DNA from: Gammaproteobacteria bacterium
GTDB taxonomy: Bacteria > Pseudomonadota > Gammaproteobacteria > GCA-001735895
Length of the DNA: 43,960 bases
Assembly: GCA_030066315.1 (NCBI GenBank)
Contig: JASJBW010000007.1
Span: forward strand, 1-43,960
Direction of reading: 5' to 3'
The notes below the pieces were generated by a model. It did not search any database. It saw only the letters and a list, made by a program, of their open reading frames with translations, and was not told the origin of the DNA. This document shows positions 40,057 through 43,960 of this stretch, piece after piece (position 1 is the stretch's first letter; each line of letters opens with the position of its first letter). Made by a program: the position numbers and the translations under genes.

Positions 40057-40392
40057 ATGCAAATAAGACGCACCACCGCTACAAAAATCATGGGCAAGGC
40101 TATCTCGATAAATAACGCTTGCCTATTGGCCATTTTGGACCAGTCTGAAAATTTACAATACGCCGAAAACCCCACTGAATTTAAAGTGCTGGCCCTGTCT
40201 AAACCCAATCTAATTTGGATACATAACCAAAATCCTGAAGCCATTGAGACCATGGAAAACATGAGTTATGCAGAAGGCCAGTTGTCTCTGGAGGTTTTCC
40301 AGGATACCGAAGGTGTATTTGGCCTCAGAGCCTATAAAATGATTGCTAAAATTCAGACCCCGGAAGTACTCGAACTTAAGGAGTTAACATAA
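40057..40392 (+). CDS. Hypothetical protein, possibly a degenerate JAB/MPN (Mov34)-fold protein
   Basis: 111-aa ORF 2 nt after hslO. The C-terminal LSLEVFQDTEGVFGLRAY resembles the end of bacterial Mov34/JAB proteins, but WIHNQNP lacks the HxH motif. Confidence 0.6.
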   Translation: MQIRRTTATKIMGKAISINNACLLAILDQSENLQYAENPTEFKVLALSKPNLIWIHNQNPEAIETMENMSYAEGQLSLEVFQDTEGVFGLRAYKMIAKIQTPEVLELKELT

Positions 40393-40526
40393 TGACTGAC
40401 TCAACGACATTAGACCATGAAGAAGGACGCGATTTCATTTACACCCCTCACACCGTTCATCAAAACCAGGCCCAACATTTGTGGATGGCTGACTGGAATA
40501 GTCACCATCCTACTGAGTTTTTTTGA
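40392..40526 (+). CDS. Possible 44-aa His-rich small protein
   Basis: ATG overlaps the upstream stop (TAATG); MTDSTTLDHEEGRDFIYTPHTVHQNQAQHLWMADWNSHHPTEFF. No family recognised. Confidence 0.25.
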   Translation: MTDSTTLDHEEGRDFIYTPHTVHQNQAQHLWMADWNSHHPTEFF

Positions 40527-40593
40527 CCATGATATCCATTGATAACAGGTAATTAACAACCCTGTTGATCACTTATAAATCAAGAGTTTTCAT

Positions 40594-41466
40594 ATGGTCT
40601 GGCAACTGATCCATATCGTCTTCCCGATTTTTGCGATTGTTGCTTTAGGTTTCTTTTATGGTCGACGCCACTCTCCCGATATGGCGGCCGCTAACAAACT
40701 GAATATCGATGTTTTTGTACCAGCCCTGATATTTGATGTATTGACCTCCAAGAATTTTGACGTCGCTGCTTATCAATCACTGGCCCTGGCCGGAACCGCT
40801 GTTGTTTTAGGATCCGCCCTCATCGCCTGGCCGATTGCACGATTGATGAAGTTTGAAGTTAAAACCTTTGTGCCGCCCATGATGTTTAATAATTCCGGAA
40901 ACATGGGCCTGCCACTGATGCTGTTTGCCTTTGGAGAACAAGCCTTGCCTGCCGCGATCGTATTATTCATTATTGAGAACACTTTACACTTCAGTGTTGG
41001 CATGAAGATGTTGAGCCGCTCGAGTTCTTTATTATCCCTGTTAAAAATTCCCATGTTACTGGCCACTATGGTCGGGCTCGGGTTTTCGATAGGCGATATT
41101 CAATTACCCTCAGTATTAAGCACACCGATACATATGCTTGGTCAGATTTCAATTCCGTTGATGTTATTTGCGCTTGGAGTACGTTTGATACATATCAACT
41201 GGCGCGACTGGAAAATCGGATCCATAGGTGCTGTCGTTGCGCCTGTCAGCGGGCTGGTAATTGCGGTACCCCTCGGTAGCTGGCTACAATTGCCTGCACA
41301 ACAATATGCCATGTTAATCGTGTTTAGTGCGTTACCGCCTGCCGTACTTAATTACATGATTGCCGAACGTTATCAACAGCAACCTCACCTGGTGGCGTCT
41401 ATCGTAATGCTGGGTAACATGGCTGCCATCCTGGTCATACCTACCGTACTCGCTTTTGTATTATGA
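40594..41466 (+). CDS. AEC (auxin efflux carrier) family transporter
   Basis: PIFAIVALG, VPALIF, FNNSGNMGLPL, IPLMLFALG and LPPAV motifs; about 10 TM segments. Confidence 0.92.
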   Translation: MVWQLIHIVFPIFAIVALGFFYGRRHSPDMAAANKLNIDVFVPALIFDVLTSKNFDVAAYQSLALAGTAVVLGSALIAWPIARLMKFEVKTFVPPMMFNNSGNMGLPLMLFAFGEQALPAAIVLFIIENTLHFSVGMKMLSRSSSLLSLLKIPMLLATMVGLGFSIGDIQLPSVLSTPIHMLGQISIPLMLFALGVRLIHINWRDWKIGSIGAVVAPVSGLVIAVPLGSWLQLPAQQYAMLIVFSALPPAVLNYMIAERYQQQPHLVASIVMLGNMAAILVIPTVLAFVL

Positions 41467-42053
41467 AACTGATTACTGGCGCTATAAAACATTTTATCCG
41501 TGGTTTGTTATGGGTCTCTGTCATTCATTCCGGGATCTTATTTTCGGCCCCGGTAGTAAATCTTAAAACCTCTTATTACGATATCACCGGAACAGATATT
41601 GTTGGCATTCATAAAAGCCTTCAACAAAAGGGACCTTTGGGAAAAAATGGTAAGCGTTATCATGCTTCGACCCAATGGAACATAAGTTGGAACTACCGCT
41701 GGATCGAATCAAAAAAACAATGCCGGCTCAATAAAACAGAGACGAGCGTTAATGTGGATATGCTGTTACCCAGGTTAAGAAATCGTGATCGCCTCAATGA
41801 AAACATGCGCACTACATGGGATCGCTATTTGACGGCACTGACCGCGCATGAAAAACAGCACCAGGCCTTTGGGCTTCAGGCTGCCACAGAGATCGAACAG
41901 TTATTACGTAATACGCCTGCCATGGATTGTTTTGCACTGGAAACTCGATTGAACAATCAGGCTGAACAAATTTTAAACAAGTATAAGACCCTGGAAGAGT
42001 CTTTTGACCGGGAAACGGAACATGGCGCTAGAGACGGTGTCCTGCTGCAATAG
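41463..42053 (+). CDS. DUF922 family putative secreted Zn-dependent protease
   Basis: Signal-like N-terminus; YYDITG, W.ISW, LP, HEKQH (HExxH) and C-terminal FDRETEHG motifs; two Cys. Confidence 0.85.
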   Translation: MKLITGAIKHFIRGLLWVSVIHSGILFSAPVVNLKTSYYDITGTDIVGIHKSLQQKGPLGKNGKRYHASTQWNISWNYRWIESKKQCRLNKTETSVNVDMLLPRLRNRDRLNENMRTTWDRYLTALTAHEKQHQAFGLQAATEIEQLLRNTPAMDCFALETRLNNQAEQILNKYKTLEESFDRETEHGARDGVLLQ

Positions 42054-42054
42054 G

Positions 42055-42300
42055 CTATTTAAGTTTCTTGACAATGAACAGCAGGATCACCGAGCCAAAC
42101 ACTGCCGTCGTTAAAGATCCCAGAAAACTGTTCGAATACAGACCCAGGAAACTAAATGCCCAGCCACCGATGAAGGCCCCAATAATTCCGATGATCATAT
42201 TCAGAATAATACCTGAGCCTTTGCCTTTCATAATAAGGCCGGCAATCCAACCCGCTATGGCCCCAATCAGCAAAAACATGAATAAAGCGGTAATACTCAT
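42055..42300 (-). CDS. GlsB/YeaQ/YmgE (transglycosylase-associated) membrane protein
   Basis: IGAIAGWIAG, IIGIIGAFIGG and A..G..ILL motifs; AGGA RBS. Confidence 0.92.
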   Translation of the reverse strand: MSITALFMFLLIGAIAGWIAGLIMKGKGSGIILNMIIGIIGAFIGGWAFSFLGLYSNSFLGSLTTAVFGSVILLFIVKKLK

Positions 42301-42372
42301 TTTTCCTACAAATTACACTTGTTGTCATGGATTATAACGGTGACATGGTGCAAAATGTAAGGCATACCGAAT

Positions 42373-42404
42373 AAAAGAGACCTGCGGAGCCACCCCCGCA
42401 GGTC
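42373..42404 (-). terminator. Intrinsic terminator-like hairpin on the minus strand
   Basis: Minus strand reads GACCTGCGG, 8 nt loop, CCGCAGGTC, then TCTTTT. Confidence 0.7.
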
Positions 42405-42490
42405 AACTGGATAAACCTATCAGACAACTCGTGTTGACATTATCCGACTGGCTTAAAGGGCCAACTGTCAGTGCCTAATCACCACTGACA
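42373..42490 (-). ncRNA. Candidate structured small RNA or leader RNA (unassigned)
   Basis: Four tandem hairpins in an intergenic gap, ending in the terminator above; see findings. Confidence 0.45.
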
Positions 42491-42537
42491 CGTACAGGAT
42501 AAAATACACTTAATGAATACTGGCTGAACGGACTATT

Positions 42538-42945
42538 ATGGAATACAAAGACAAGATACCTTTTAAGTCTGAATTTTATCCCCTGTACACAGCTACAGGT
42601 TGGAACGAACGACTGCAGTTGAGCCCGGACGAACTGGAAAAAGCGATCCATAACAGTTTTGCCGTCGTCTCCGTGTATGAACAGGGAGAATTAATCGGAT
42701 TCGGTCGGGTAGTCTCTGATGGCGTGGCTTATGCCACATTGTATGATGTGATGGTTGCACCCTATTGGCAAAATCAGGGCATCGGTAGCCAGATCATTCG
42801 CATCCTGGTGAATAAGTGCGAACGTCATGATATCCGTCGCATTCATTTGTTTGCCGCTAAAGACGCGGAAAATTACTTTAAACGCCTGGGTTTTGTCGCC
42901 CGGCCTGTCGACTCCCGGGGCATGGTCTACGAAAAGGTGGGATAG
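42538..42945 (+). CDS. GNAT family N-acetyltransferase
   Basis: LIGFGRVVSDG, DVMVAPYWQNQGIG (acetyl-CoA motif A) and YFKRLGF. Confidence 0.93.
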   Translation: MEYKDKIPFKSEFYPLYTATGWNERLQLSPDELEKAIHNSFAVVSVYEQGELIGFGRVVSDGVAYATLYDVMVAPYWQNQGIGSQIIRILVNKCERHDIRRIHLFAAKDAENYFKRLGFVARPVDSRGMVYEKVG

Positions 42946-42952
42946 GACTTCG

Positions 42953-43960
42953 CTAGCGATAAAGCTGTCGATAGTAAATCTGCCTGGAATTGCCCCCAAA
43001 GATACCGAAGGTAGCCTCAGATATGGGGTCATCATCAAAGCTACCATCTCCATCCCAATCGTATTTAAGCCAGCTTGGCACTGACACCGGATATATCACT
43101 GAACCTGTTACACCAGGACCCTCACTGATTGTTACATCATCATGTAAAGAGTAGGTGTTAATACCATTGCTGAGAGTACCACTTCCAGTTAAACCTAGAT
43201 CGGCTGCCGTCAGTGGCGGTGTAAAATTACCTGTCGAAGCCAGGTCAATATCAGTAGCCGTATTATATGCAGTGGTACTGTCGGCATTATTAAGCGAATA
43301 GATATAGGTGCTATCGGGTAACTGGTTATAATACTGGGATTTGATCGTTATCGATTGAGGCAGTAATTCCGACCCGAAACTATTGGTCAAATCAATACGT
43401 CCAAATCTTAATGTATTACCGCTAGGCTCAAATAGCTGATTAACATTTGTGGTGACTTCAACCGTGCCCGTGACGTTGTCCGCAATGGATGTCAACGTTA
43501 AATCGATATCAGCGGATGATACTTCAACCACTTCACTGTTGGACTCTTTATCACATCCAGGGATCGCTCCATTATCAATTCCATAACAGAACGTATCATT
43601 ACCAAATCGAACACTAAATTGTCCATTACCCAGATCATCAGTAACCGGATCGAATTCAATGGCTGCCTGGTTATGGAAAATCACCAACCGATTAAGGGCA
43701 TCACTGCCATTATTGGTGGTATCCGCAGTAACCTGGTTAACACTAAATGAATCTGCCGACAATTTATGCCAGGAGCCGGTGTAATTGGTTGTCGCCGTCG
43801 GTGTGGGCAATGCGTTCAAAGCAGTGATCGTAAAAGAGGGATTAATTAAATAACTAAAATCCTGACCGATATATGTGAAAGTACCATTCACGTTTTGAAA
43901 TGCCCCATCATTAACTGGAGCTTCTACGCGAAAACTGGCGGGAATAAACCGACCCACTAC
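42953..43960 (-). CDS. 3' part of a large DUF6701 / MshQ-like (MSHA pilus-associated) surface protein; 5' end is outside the window
   Basis: GRFIPA, FTYIGQ, LRFGRIDLTNSFGSE, VPSWLKYDW and ATFGIFGGNSRQIYYRQ match the recalled C-terminal domain of this family. The frame is open to the window edge. Confidence 0.8.
   Translation of the reverse strand, partial: VVGRFIPASFRVEAPVNDGAFQNVNGTFTYIGQDFSYLINPSFTITALNALPTPTATTNYTGSWHKLSADSFSVNQVTADTTNNGSDALNRLVIFHNQAAIEFDPVTDDLGNGQFSVRFGNDTFCYGIDNGAIPGCDKESNSEVVEVSSADIDLTLTSIADNVTGTVEVTTNVNQLFEPSGNTLRFGRIDLTNSFGSELLPQSITIKSQYYNQLPDSTYIYSLNNADSTTAYNTATDIDLASTGNFTPPLTAADLGLTGSGTLSNGINTYSLHDDVTISEGPGVTGSVIYPVSVPSWLKYDWDGDGSFDDDPISEATFGIFGGNSRQIYYRQLYR

Noticed and set aside
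42068-42337. 89-aa plus-strand ORF opposite the GlsB/YeaQ gene
   Set aside because: The minus-strand ORF has the clear family signature and RBS; this one is its shadow.

Overview
A gene-dense chromosomal window from a gammaproteobacterium. A probable soxY 5' fragment at the left edge suggests a sulfur oxidiser, and Na+-pumping oadGAB plus an MshQ-like adhesin suggest a marine one. I found no rRNA, tRNA, CRISPR array, transposase or prophage. From left to right: (1) partial soxY divergent from lptM-lysA-dapF-DUF484-xerC, then sigma32-driven hslVU-DUF971; (2) ubiE-RDD-ubiJ-ubiB, followed by a Tat-signal aldo/keto reductase coupled to a DUF6064-like membrane protein, and a secreted two-repeat disulfide protein; (3) a ~19 kb C2/C3 organic-acid region: aceA, aceK, rraA-prpE-prpB-prpC-acuI-acnD-prpF, a HAD hydrolase, acs and oadGAB; (4) rnd-mreDCB divergent from gatCAB-hslO, a degenerate JAB/MPN-like ORF, an AEC transporter, DUF922, GlsB/YeaQ, a GNAT and a partial DUF6701/MshQ-like gene. 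The best leads are acuI and rraA embedded in a methylcitrate operon (a possible acrylate-to-pyruvate route), an unassigned four-hairpin candidate sRNA at 42373-42490, the Tat-AKR/DUF6064 pair, a TGC-rich motif shared upstream of aceA and oadG, and the pseudo-JAB protein. All family calls rest on recognising motifs and gene order by eye; no searches were run.
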